This document shows, in pieces, positions 24,361 to 32,358 of a stretch of 40,897 nucleotides of DNA (its first letter is position 1; the number at the start of each line of letters is the position of its first letter). Location of the stretch: IMG/VR virus record IMGVR_UViG_3300030519_000008, one strand, 5' to 3'. The notes below the pieces were generated by a model, which saw only the letters and a list, made by a program, of their open reading frames with translations, searched no databases and was not told the origin of the DNA. Source of the DNA: a virus. The translations under genes were made by a program, and so were the position numbers.

Positions 24361-24882
24361 TTACTCTCCGAAAACGGTGGAGTTCAAGCTTGTGCTCTGG
24401 TAGCCGCCAAATTGTGGAATGGGCGTGCCCCCACCGCTCATCGAGTATACCTTCGAAGCGCCGCCGAGCCCGGCACCCAGCGCACTGAGGTATCCCGCGG
24501 CGCTGGCATTCTTGGACTGCGAGGACTCCAGCGAAGCCTGGTCCTGGTAGCCCAGGCCCTTGAGCTGGTAGTTGTATCGCGTGGTGAGGTTGTCCAGGGC
24601 CGCACTGCGGGCCGAGTCCGCCAGCACGTCAGCCGGGGATCCATCGGACATCTGCACGCCGGACGCGCCGTAGGCTGCCATCTCGGTGCCAATCCTGCGC
24701 TGGGAGTCGCGGGACTGAGCCTGCGCAGCCGCTTCACCCTGCGCCGCAGCAATGCCAGCGTTCTGGGTGGCGAGCTGGGAGTTGTAGTCGGCGGCCTGGG
24801 AGGCAGCCTGGCCTTGCTTGACCGCGCCGACCACCGCCATCGTGGTGGAGGCGGCCATCAGGATGGCAGGAAGAGCGGCCAT
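24361..24882 (-). CDS. Small internal virion / membrane protein, 173 aa (T7 gp14-equivalent position)
   Basis: ORF 24361..25227 trimmed to ATG 24882 (TAATG overlap with the upstream stop). N-terminal hydrophobic MAALPAILMAASTTMAVVGAV, then a Gln/Ala-rich region. Confidence 0.6.
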   Translation of the reverse strand: MAALPAILMAASTTMAVVGAVKQGQAASQAADYNSQLATQNAGIAAAQGEAAAQAQSRDSQRRIGTEMAAYGASGVQMSDGSPADVLADSARSAALDNLTTRYNYQLKGLGYQDQASLESSQSKNASAAGYLSALGAGLGGASKVYSMSGGGTPIPQFGGYQSTSLNSTVFGE

Positions 24883-25301
24883 TATTTCACCCTCGAATAG
24901 AGGGACGCATCGGAGCCGTCCGGGTAGTAGGCGCGAGCGCGAACGGTCTCCAGGCGGAAACCGAGCATCCTCAGCCACCGGTGCCCGGCGGGGAAGCTGC
25001 ACAAGCAGTCCGACTCCAGGCGCTTCTGCGGCGCATCGTCCAGGATCTTGCGACAGGCCCGGTGCAGCTCGGTGAAATGTGCGGCCGCACCATGTCCGAG
25101 GATGGACCAGACCGTGCCGCGGCCCGCCCAGATCTCCATCACACCCCCGATGCCCAGCAATTCGTCGCCTTCCAGCGCGGTCCAGGTCTGCGGGCCCTCT
25201 GCGCTCTTGGCGTATTCCAGGGTGCATGGGAACGTCCCACGCTGCGCCTGCTGGACCTGGAGAGTCAGCATATGCTCAGCCTTGTAGGGGACCATGATCA
25301 T
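24882..25301 (-). CDS. GNAT-fold-like protein in the T7 gp13-equivalent position
   Basis: 139 aa. ...ELLGIGGVMEIWAGRGTVWSIL...FPAGHRWLRMLGFRLE resembles the C-terminal half of acetyltransferase folds. Lies between the nozzle and the internal proteins. Confidence 0.45.
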   Translation of the reverse strand: MIMVPYKAEHMLTLQVQQAQRGTFPCTLEYAKSAEGPQTWTALEGDELLGIGGVMEIWAGRGTVWSILGHGAAAHFTELHRACRKILDDAPQKRLESDCLCSFPAGHRWLRMLGFRLETVRARAYYPDGSDASLYSRVK

Positions 25302-27862
25302 TGGTTATCCTGGGTGTCCAGCTGGACGGTGAGGCAGGTGATGTTCGAAGGCAGAGGGGAATCGGTTTCCCAGTAAACGTCGCCAGCTTCGCTGCTGACG
25401 CCGTCATAGGTCCAGCGTTTGAACCCGTCATAGAGCGCCACCTGGGAATCCATGTCGTCAGTGCTGGAGCGCCAAGGCTGAACGTCGAGGCCGGTGGGAG
25501 AGGACTGAGACTCCAGGCTGAGCCCGATGGACTGGAAGAAGCGGAAGATGGTCCGGAAAACTTTCTTGTACTTGCCCTGGGTCGGGCCTTCGGCACCCCC
25601 CGATTCAATGCAGAGGGTCCGGCCGGCGCTCTTGTATTCCAGGCCAGCGTAGCGTGTGTATCCCAGATAGTTGAGCGTGATCTGCCCGGTGTTGTCCACC
25701 ACGCAGTCAGGGTGGACAGCTCCGTCCACCAGCACGCTGACGGTTTGGCCGACCAGATGGTTCAGGCCGACGATGTAGTTCAGACCGAGCGTCCCCGTCG
25801 ACGTCACCGAACCATCCAGGAATTTCGCGTTCTCTATGGCGTCCCCGTCTTCCCAGGGCTTCGACATGAGCTCGATGGTGCGGATGACCTCGCCGAATAT
25901 GCCCCCGATGACCGGCCGGTTGACCACACACCATACGTCGTCCCTGGTGATGTCCGGCGCCGGGATGGTGGCCACGCTCTCTACGATGGCACCGGCGCTC
26001 ATGGGGTGCTGATGCCAACCGCAGGTTTCCTGGTCCTTGTCGTAGGTGATCGCCACCAGGGTGCCATCGTTTCGCACAGCCCAGATGATCTGCTGCGGTG
26101 CGAGCTGCAGCGCCAGCTGCTTGAGCCCAGTCTTGGTCAGGTGCTCGCTCACCAGCGAGATATCCAGGGTCTGGAACGTGTTGTACATGAACTGGTAGGT
26201 CATCTCGCGCAGCTTGCGACCGGTGCGCTGGACGAATAGCGTCTGCTTACCGACCCGAAGCGGGGGGATCTGCTTGGACCCATAATTGCCGAGGAACTGC
26301 GCGTTGACGTTGCTCGGGGTGATGGCAGCACCCGTGCCGCCAGTAGGTGCGACGATCCACTCGCCCCCCGCGGTTCCGACCAAGAGGCCCTGGGCGTCCG
26401 AGGACATCCACTGGATCGCGTTGACCACGCCAGCGTCCAGATCGAAGCCGATGGCGTTGGAGTCCACCACCGTGCCATCGAGGTTGGTGGGCGCCTGGTT
26501 CTCGTAGTCGCCGCTGTTTGAACCATCCAGGCGGCCGGGACTGTTGGCCGCGCCACCCCAGATCAACCGGCTCTGGTGGAAAGTGACGGTGCTGGGGTAG
26601 CCGTCCGTCGCGTTGTACAGGCCCAGACACCAGAAGGTGGTGGTAGCCGGGACGATGGCGGTGGGCGCGGCCAGGGTAACGGTGGGCGCCAGGGTGTAGC
26701 CTGTGCCGGTCACGCTGATGGTGACGGAGGTGACCACGCCGTTGGTGAGGTTGGCGTAGGCAATAGCTCCGCTGCCTGGGCCGCCGAAGGTTAGGCTGGG
26801 GGGCTGCGCACCGTAGCCACTGCCACCGTTGGTGACCGTGACGCTGAAAACGCTGCCCCCCGATACGTTGGCCGTTGCCGTGGCTGTCGTGGGCAGCTGG
26901 GAGCCGAGGGGAGGCGCAATGGCCCACTGAACGTGGGTGGTGTCGGTGAAGGAACTGATCGTTCCCCACAGCCACACGCCACCGCACTTTAGCCGCAGCG
27001 TTCGGCCCACGTCGGTGGATCGGAACCCAGTTCCGGTGTTTCCGGTGGTTGCGTTGATGCCGACGACGCTGCTGGCCGTGACGATGCTGGTTCCACTGGT
27101 GACGATCGGAGGCGCGATCACCACGGTGGGGTTGGACGTGTAACCGGTGCCGGGGTTCGTCACGGTGATGGCCGTGATGGCGCCATTCACCACATTGGCC
27201 GTCGCTGCCGCGTTGGCGCCCGCGCCCCCCGTAAACGAGATGGCCGGCGGATTGGCGCTGTCGTAGCCCATGCCCCCGTTCGAAATCACGATGGTGTTCT
27301 GCACGCCACCACCGGACTGGGTGGCCGTGGCTACCGCCTGAATCCCGGATGGGGTCAGCGTGGTGGCCGTGACGTTGACAGGCAGGTAGGGCCCGTCCAG
27401 CAGGGAGACCGGCGTGTAGGTCCAGGCCAGGGCGCCGGCGCGCTGAAGCTTTGCGGGCGGGTGGTTGGCGTGCGCGATGTAGAGCGTGTCCGCGCTCTGA
27501 GCGAAGCACATGCCCCACAGTTCGCTGGTAAGATAGGGCGTGACCACCTCGACCGGAACCCCGGCGTTGAGCAGCGGCTGACCGTTGGCGAAGATCCGTG
27601 CGTAGAGGTTCCCGATCTCCAGAATGTATGCCTGGGTGACCGAGAACTCGAAAGCCTGGAGCCGGGGCGCGTAGGTGCTGTCCTTCACCTGGGCGACGAA
27701 CGCGAAGCCGGGACGCCGGGTCAGACCGCCCTGCTGAGTCGGAATGTAGTTCTGGCACAGGGCCAAGCCGTTCTTGAACTTGGCCAGGTCGAAGCGCCCA
27801 TACGCAAGCGGGGACCATTCGCCCCCGTTGAAGTTGCTCTGGGTCCAAGTAGATTTGGCCAT
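25298..27862 (-). CDS. Tail tubular protein B / nozzle-like protein with two inserted GxGY...GTGYT..PTV modules
   Basis: N-terminal TQSNFNGGEWSPLAYGRFDLAKFKNGLALCQNYIPTQQGGLTRRPGFAFV is typical of podovirus nozzle proteins. 854 aa. Follows the adaptor gene. Confidence 0.7.
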   Translation of the reverse strand: MAKSTWTQSNFNGGEWSPLAYGRFDLAKFKNGLALCQNYIPTQQGGLTRRPGFAFVAQVKDSTYAPRLQAFEFSVTQAYILEIGNLYARIFANGQPLLNAGVPVEVVTPYLTSELWGMCFAQSADTLYIAHANHPPAKLQRAGALAWTYTPVSLLDGPYLPVNVTATTLTPSGIQAVATATQSGGGVQNTIVISNGGMGYDSANPPAISFTGGAGANAAATANVVNGAITAITVTNPGTGYTSNPTVVIAPPIVTSGTSIVTASSVVGINATTGNTGTGFRSTDVGRTLRLKCGGVWLWGTISSFTDTTHVQWAIAPPLGSQLPTTATATANVSGGSVFSVTVTNGGSGYGAQPPSLTFGGPGSGAIAYANLTNGVVTSVTISVTGTGYTLAPTVTLAAPTAIVPATTTFWCLGLYNATDGYPSTVTFHQSRLIWGGAANSPGRLDGSNSGDYENQAPTNLDGTVVDSNAIGFDLDAGVVNAIQWMSSDAQGLLVGTAGGEWIVAPTGGTGAAITPSNVNAQFLGNYGSKQIPPLRVGKQTLFVQRTGRKLREMTYQFMYNTFQTLDISLVSEHLTKTGLKQLALQLAPQQIIWAVRNDGTLVAITYDKDQETCGWHQHPMSAGAIVESVATIPAPDITRDDVWCVVNRPVIGGIFGEVIRTIELMSKPWEDGDAIENAKFLDGSVTSTGTLGLNYIVGLNHLVGQTVSVLVDGAVHPDCVVDNTGQITLNYLGYTRYAGLEYKSAGRTLCIESGGAEGPTQGKYKKVFRTIFRFFQSIGLSLESQSSPTGLDVQPWRSSTDDMDSQVALYDGFKRWTYDGVSSEAGDVYWETDSPLPSNITCLTVQLDTQDNQ

Positions 27863-27865
27863 GGC

Positions 27866-28501
27866 TTACGGTTCTGCCTGGATCGTGATGTTGACCCAGC
27901 CGGCCGGCCACGCGCTGCCGCCCTCTTGAGTGAACCCGCTGCGATGTGCGGTCAGGAAGCCGTCGTCCGGGGATTCCACCGGGCGTTGTTCGAAGGCATT
28001 GTTCCGGCGAGCCTCGCGGGAGAGCTCGGCGTATTCCGCGTCGATGGCTTGCTTCTTCGCCGTCGAGTTGGTCAGGCGCTGGCAGAGGTCGCTGGCCAGG
28101 CTGCTGGCGAGCATGTCGTAGAAGATCGAGTCCCACTGGGTCGCATCAGTGACGTCCGCGATGTAGCGCAGGTTCAGCACGCTGCTGGCGTTGCTGAGGA
28201 TCTTCCGACCCTCGACCACCCAGTCCAGGTCCACGTCCTTCGGCATCAGCACGCGCAGGCAGTCGGCAGGCAGGGTGAACTGATAGGTGAAGTGGAAGAG
28301 CGGCGTGGCCGTGTCCGGAGCGAGGACGGCCCGCTTGATCGAGAAGTTCCACCGATGCTTGCGGAGCTCGCTCTTCCGATTGCTGTCGTAGGCGATGAGA
28401 AGCTGCCGCCCCTGGAGTGTGCTGCTGTCCAGGGCGATGACACTAGGCTCGCCAAGACGCTGGAGAGCCGAGTTGCAGCAGTCGACATCGCTTTGGGACA
28501 T
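27866..28501 (-). CDS. Tail tubular protein A / head-tail adaptor-like protein
   Basis: CNSALQRLGEPSVIALDSSTLQGRQLLIAYDSNRKSELRKHRWNFSIKRAVLAP matches the N-terminal pattern of podovirus adaptor (gp11-type) proteins. Confidence 0.65.
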   Translation of the reverse strand: MSQSDVDCCNSALQRLGEPSVIALDSSTLQGRQLLIAYDSNRKSELRKHRWNFSIKRAVLAPDTATPLFHFTYQFTLPADCLRVLMPKDVDLDWVVEGRKILSNASSVLNLRYIADVTDATQWDSIFYDMLASSLASDLCQRLTNSTAKKQAIDAEYAELSREARRNNAFEQRPVESPDDGFLTAHRSGFTQEGGSAWPAGWVNITIQAEP

Positions 28502-28511
28502 GGCCTACTCC

Positions 28512-28832
28512 TTAGCCGAGCCCGATGAGGCTGGCGCAAAGCCCACTGATGGTGCCTCCAGTGGAAGCCACTCGGACGTTGCCCGCAGGAAGGTCGATGG
28601 TCGTCTGGCTGAACGGCAGCGTGGCCGACTTGACCGGGGAACCGTTGAACACCTGGACGTCAATCCAGGTGTTGGTGAACGGCGCCTGAAACTGGAGGCT
28701 GGTGGTGGCGCCCGCCGGGGTTCCCTCGGCCCAGAACATGTACTCGCCACCGAGGATCGCAACCGCGGCTCCGGTAGCCGACAAGTTGCTGCCGAGGTTG
28801 TACGCGAGAGGATCACAACGATTTACGGGCAT
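28512..28832 (-). CDS. Hypothetical virion-module protein, 106 aa
   Basis: Complete ORF with high GC3, between the capsid and adaptor genes. Confidence 0.6.
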   Translation of the reverse strand: MPVNRCDPLAYNLGSNLSATGAAVAILGGEYMFWAEGTPAGATTSLQFQAPFTNTWIDVQVFNGSPVKSATLPFSQTTIDLPAGNVRVASTGGTISGLCASLIGLG

Positions 28833-28841
28833 GGCCTACTC

Positions 28842-29030
28842 CTACAGCGGCGTGTAATTAAGGCGCATGATGTACTCCTCCAAATTTTTCAGGGCGAGCA
28901 GAACCGACTCCTTGTCCGGCACGTTGGCCCCATTGACGTTGACCTCGATGTCGGTGCTGTTGGTGGAGGTTCCGACGACAGCCTGATACTCGTTCTGACC
29001 CTGGTTGATGCCGTAGTAGTAATTGGTCAC
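28842..29030 (-). CDS. Hypothetical small protein, 62 aa
   Basis: GTG 29030 with GGGGAG 4-5 nt upstream. MTNYYYGINQGQNEYQAVVG... Confidence 0.5.
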   Translation of the reverse strand: MTNYYYGINQGQNEYQAVVGTSTNSTDIEVNVNGANVPDKESVLLALKNLEEYIMRLNYTPL

Positions 29031-29092
29031 TGGGCTCCCCTTTCAGGAGGAAAAGGGACCGGCCGCCAGGCCAGCCCCTTCGACGTTTCGGC

Positions 29093-29542
29093 TTACTGGG
29101 GCATCGAGTAGAAGATGTCGATCACCTGGGTGCCGGAAGCGGGCAGCGAGGCCGCGGCGATGGTGCCGATGATGGTCTCTTCCGCGGTGGAAGGAGCCAC
29201 CTGGCCAGCCACAGCGGTCATGCCGAAGAAGGCAGGGGCGCCATCAGCGGCGGTCGAGGTTGCGGCGGCGCGGTACTTGCCAGTGCTGGAGGCGTTGCCG
29301 ATGGCCAGGGTAGCCGAAGCGCCCATGGTGGCGTTCTGGGTGATGACGCCGAAGGCGAAGGTCGCGCCGACGGGCAGGATGCCGAGCACCAGGGTGTCCG
29401 AGGTGGTCTGGGTATTCCAGGTGATGGTGGCGCGCATCCGCTTCAGGCGAGCCTGATAGACGGAGGCTTGGGGCTTGTAGCCGACAGGAATCGCGGTGAG
29501 GTTCGCGGTGCCGGCCATTTCAGCAGAGTAGTAGGCGGCCAT
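29093..29542 (-). CDS. Putative head decoration / accessory capsid protein, 149 aa
   Basis: ORF 29093..29722 trimmed to ATG 29542 (GGAGA upstream). Beta-rich. Immediately downstream of the major capsid gene and its hairpin. Confidence 0.5.
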   Translation of the reverse strand: MAAYYSAEMAGTANLTAIPVGYKPQASVYQARLKRMRATITWNTQTTSDTLVLGILPVGATFAFGVITQNATMGASATLAIGNASSTGKYRAAATSTAADGAPAFFGMTAVAGQVAPSTAEETIIGTIAAASLPASGTQVIDIFYSMPQ

Positions 29543-29581
29543 TTGATTCTCCAGAGGAAGGACGAAGGGGAAGAAGCGGTT

Positions 29582-29607
29582 TGACCAGACCCCGAAGGGT
29601 CTGGTCA
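29582..29607 (-). terminator. Strong stem-loop directly after the major capsid gene (partial terminator or mRNA stabiliser)
   Basis: On the minus strand: TGACCAGACCC-TTCG-GGGTCTGGTCA. An 11-bp perfect stem with a UUCG loop, 9 nt after the capsid stop. No clear U-tract. Confidence 0.55.
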
Positions 29608-29615
29608 GGAGGGGT

Positions 29616-30578
29616 TTACTTGCAGCAGATGATGCCGCAGCGCTTCTCTTCAGTCCGAGCGGCGCCAATCGTTTCGGTGATGTAGACCTGCATCGAATTG
29701 CGCTTGTCGGGGCGCCGATCAACGCTGGCCTGGATGTCGTTCCAGATGCCCATGCACATGCCGGACTTGGCCCAGAAGGGCACCAGCCAGCGGGAACCGA
29801 GGACGTAGTTGCCGTCCACGTCCGAGGAGGTCAGACCGCTGTTCAGGGACAGCGTGCTGGCAAAGTTCGCGGCGCCGGGGATGCGCTCGGAGTGGATGAA
29901 GTTGAAGCCCATGAAGTTGGTGATCTTGCCATCCACCAGGACCGGGCGGGTGTTGTAGTCCGTGTTGATAAACTGCGCTTCGTTGCGCAGGTTGTCGTTC
30001 TGCTGGGCGCTGACGATCATGTAGAGCGGATCGTTGTCCACGTCCACGTCGGACAGTTCCAGCAGCTTGCGGGCGGCGCGCAGCTTGGCGATGTTCAGCC
30101 CGGTCGCGGCCGAGGCGCCAACAGTGGATGCCACCATCTGGGATCCGGAGTTGTAGGCGGACAGCAGGCCGGTCGAGGTCACACCGGTCTCACCCGTGTT
30201 GTTCGAGCCGAGATGACCGGCGATGATCACGTCGTCCTGCGCGCGACCCATGGCCATGGTGCCGGCCTGGGCGTAGTAGCCGGTGGGGTCGATCAGCAAC
30301 CGGAGCTTGTCCTGATTGTCGACCAGCTCGGCCCAGTCCGCGTCGATGGGATAGATCCAGCGGCGATCCTGGGGAGTGGAGATGAGGGGCGTATCGGTGT
30401 GCCGACCCTGGTTGAACACCGGGTTGACGCTGCCGATCTGCTCCATCATGGAGGCGGCCTTGCCGAAGAACTGACGGTTCTCTACGGCGCCGCGCAGGCG
30501 CGAGCCCTTCTGCTGAAGGAGCATCGCAACGACGGTCGAGTATTCCTGGACCTGGGCAGTGGTGATTTGATAGGACAC
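29616..30578 (-). CDS. Major capsid protein (HK97-fold type)
   Basis: 320 aa. MSYQITTAQVQEYSTVVAMLLQQKGSRLRGAV...QIGSV has the typical N-terminus of this capsid family. GGAGG upstream. Follows the scaffold gene. Confidence 0.85.
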   Translation of the reverse strand: MSYQITTAQVQEYSTVVAMLLQQKGSRLRGAVENRQFFGKAASMMEQIGSVNPVFNQGRHTDTPLISTPQDRRWIYPIDADWAELVDNQDKLRLLIDPTGYYAQAGTMAMGRAQDDVIIAGHLGSNNTGETGVTSTGLLSAYNSGSQMVASTVGASAATGLNIAKLRAARKLLELSDVDVDNDPLYMIVSAQQNDNLRNEAQFINTDYNTRPVLVDGKITNFMGFNFIHSERIPGAANFASTLSLNSGLTSSDVDGNYVLGSRWLVPFWAKSGMCMGIWNDIQASVDRRPDKRNSMQVYITETIGAARTEEKRCGIICCK

Positions 30579-30687
30579 AATGTCCTCCGAGGAAAAGTTG
30601 AAAGCATTGACCTTTAGGGGGTCATCTACCCTCGGCTTGTCCTCGGATGGAGGGGCCAGCTACGGCTTTGAGAGAAGGCTGCGGGAA

Positions 30688-30897
30688 CTAATCGAAGAGA
30701 TCGGCCTTATCCGCTTTTGCCTTCCGAGGCTTCTTAATGGGTTCCGTCTCCGGAACGGGCTCGTCGGCCTCGGTGATGTGATTATAGAACTTAGTGGAGA
30801 TTTCCGCAACATGGTTGAGATCACCGTAGGTGCCCTCATTCCTGGCCTGATTGATGGCCAGCTCCAGGCAGCGGAGTCTGATTTCATAGGTGTCCAC
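30688..30897 (-). CDS. Hypothetical small protein, 69 aa
   Basis: GTG start overlaps the scaffold stop by 1 nt. Acidic/basic tail PIKKPRKAKADKADLFD. Confidence 0.5.
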   Translation of the reverse strand: MDTYEIRLRCLELAINQARNEGTYGDLNHVAEISTKFYNHITEADEPVPETEPIKKPRKAKADKADLFD

Positions 30898-31760
30898 TAG
30901 GAACCTTCCGGATACGCGAAGGCATTCAGCTTGGACAGTTCGGCCCGGGCCCCGGCGTCACCCCGAGAGAGCTTGGTGATGAAGTCACGGTCGGCTTTCA
31001 GCTCGGCGATCTTGGCCAGGGCCTGCCCCGGAGTGAGCGCGTTGCCGAACTTCTGTCCACCTTCACCGGTGACGAAGTCGGGTTCGCCAGTCTTTGCGCC
31101 GATCTTCTGGAACAGCTCCATGGTGGCCTTTAGTCCCATGTTAGCTTCCATCTTGTCGATGGTGGCCTTGTCGATGCCGAGCCCACGCACCGCGGCCTGG
31201 GCCAGGGCGACGTTCTGCTGGAACGCGGCGCCCCATGCCGTCTTGAGCGCGGCGTCGTCGGCGGCGATGGAAGCGTCCAGCGCAGCGTTGCTGGCGGTCT
31301 GGGCGGCCGTGGCCTGCTCGTTCCACCAGGCGGCCAGGCCATCGCCGGCGGCCTTCGGGATGCCCAGCTCGTGCAGCTTGGCGGCCACGCCCGTGGCGAA
31401 CTCGGGCGGCACGCCCTCGGGGACGGGGATCTTGTAGCCGGAAGGATCGGACGGCCGGCCGAGCTTGTCATAGAAGGAAGCCAGTTCCGCCGGCGCTGCG
31501 TCCGGGTTGGGCAGCACCACCGTGCGGCCGGCGCGGTCTGCGCCCAGCAGCTTCTCCAGGTTGACGTAGGACTCGACCACCTGGGTCGGGTCAGTCCAGC
31601 CCTTGTTCTGGACGTAGCCAACCCTCGCTTCGTCGGCGCCGGTCAGCCATGCGGGGGCGGCAACGGGCGGAACGATCGGCGCCGTGGTGAGGGTGGTGGC
31701 TGCGGTTGTGGGCGGTGCTCCACCTTGTCCGTCGGCGACGGGGGTGAGAAGGTCAGTCAT
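30897..31760 (-). CDS. Scaffolding protein
   Basis: 287 aa. Ala-rich and helical. Lies between the portal-side genes and the capsid gene. Confidence 0.65.
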   Translation of the reverse strand: MTDLLTPVADGQGGAPPTTAATTLTTAPIVPPVAAPAWLTGADEARVGYVQNKGWTDPTQVVESYVNLEKLLGADRAGRTVVLPNPDAAPAELASFYDKLGRPSDPSGYKIPVPEGVPPEFATGVAAKLHELGIPKAAGDGLAAWWNEQATAAQTASNAALDASIAADDAALKTAWGAAFQQNVALAQAAVRGLGIDKATIDKMEANMGLKATMELFQKIGAKTGEPDFVTGEGGQKFGNALTPGQALAKIAELKADRDFITKLSRGDAGARAELSKLNAFAYPEGS

Positions 31761-31769
31761 GCAAGCTCC

Positions 31770-32084
31770 TTAGTTGACCGAAGCGGTCAGGGTGTGTCCT
31801 TCGACCTCGTCCTTGACCTCGTTGGTCATGACGAAGTGGACTGCGCTGAAGTCGGGGCTGATGTCGGCGGCCAGGGCCTGGATCTCTTCCAGGAAGAACT
31901 CCTGGGGGAGCGGCTTCCACAGGCTGCTCTGCTTGGTGGGGGCGGCCGGGGGCGTACCTTCCGGAGCCTGGGGGACTTCGGGCGCTGCGAGCCCAGACTC
32001 GGGGGGAGGCGGGGGGAGCACTGTGAAGCCTTCGCCCTGCAGCAGGGCCTCGGCCTGGGCTTCGGGGGTCAGTTCGTCAGGCAT
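31770..32084 (-). CDS. Hypothetical protein, 104 aa, Pro-rich N-terminal half
   Basis: Complete ORF with high GC3. Overlaps the upstream gene by 8 nt. Confidence 0.55.
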   Translation of the reverse strand: MPDELTPEAQAEALLQGEGFTVLPPPPPESGLAAPEVPQAPEGTPPAAPTKQSSLWKPLPQEFFLEEIQALAADISPDFSAVHFVMTNEVKDEVEGHTLTASVN

Positions 32085-32358
32085 TGGGGCTCCTTGGGGG
32101 TTGGGGCGCGTTGACGCGCAGGAGTTCGTAGAGTTCGTCGTCGGTCATCCGGAGGTGGTTGGAGATGCGTAACCAGACCTCCCGGCGACCCTCAGCCACT
32201 GCGTGCAGCCGGGGGTCGGGATGAAAGGTGCTCTCGCGGGCGCGGCAGAACCGGGCCAGATCACAGAGCACTTCCTGTCCAAGGGGGCCTTTGAACGTGA
32301 GGCAGTAGGCGTTGCGGCGCCGGCTGATGAAGTCGAGGATCGGGTCGAAGATGCTCAT
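32077..32358 (-). CDS. Bbp19-like small protein
   Basis: AYCLTFKGPLGQEVLCDLARFCRARESTFHPDPRLHAVAEGRREVWLRI matches my memory of the Bbp19 family found just after the portal in BPP-1-like podoviruses. Confidence 0.6.
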   Translation of the reverse strand: MSIFDPILDFISRRRNAYCLTFKGPLGQEVLCDLARFCRARESTFHPDPRLHAVAEGRREVWLRISNHLRMTDDELYELLRVNAPQPPRSPNA

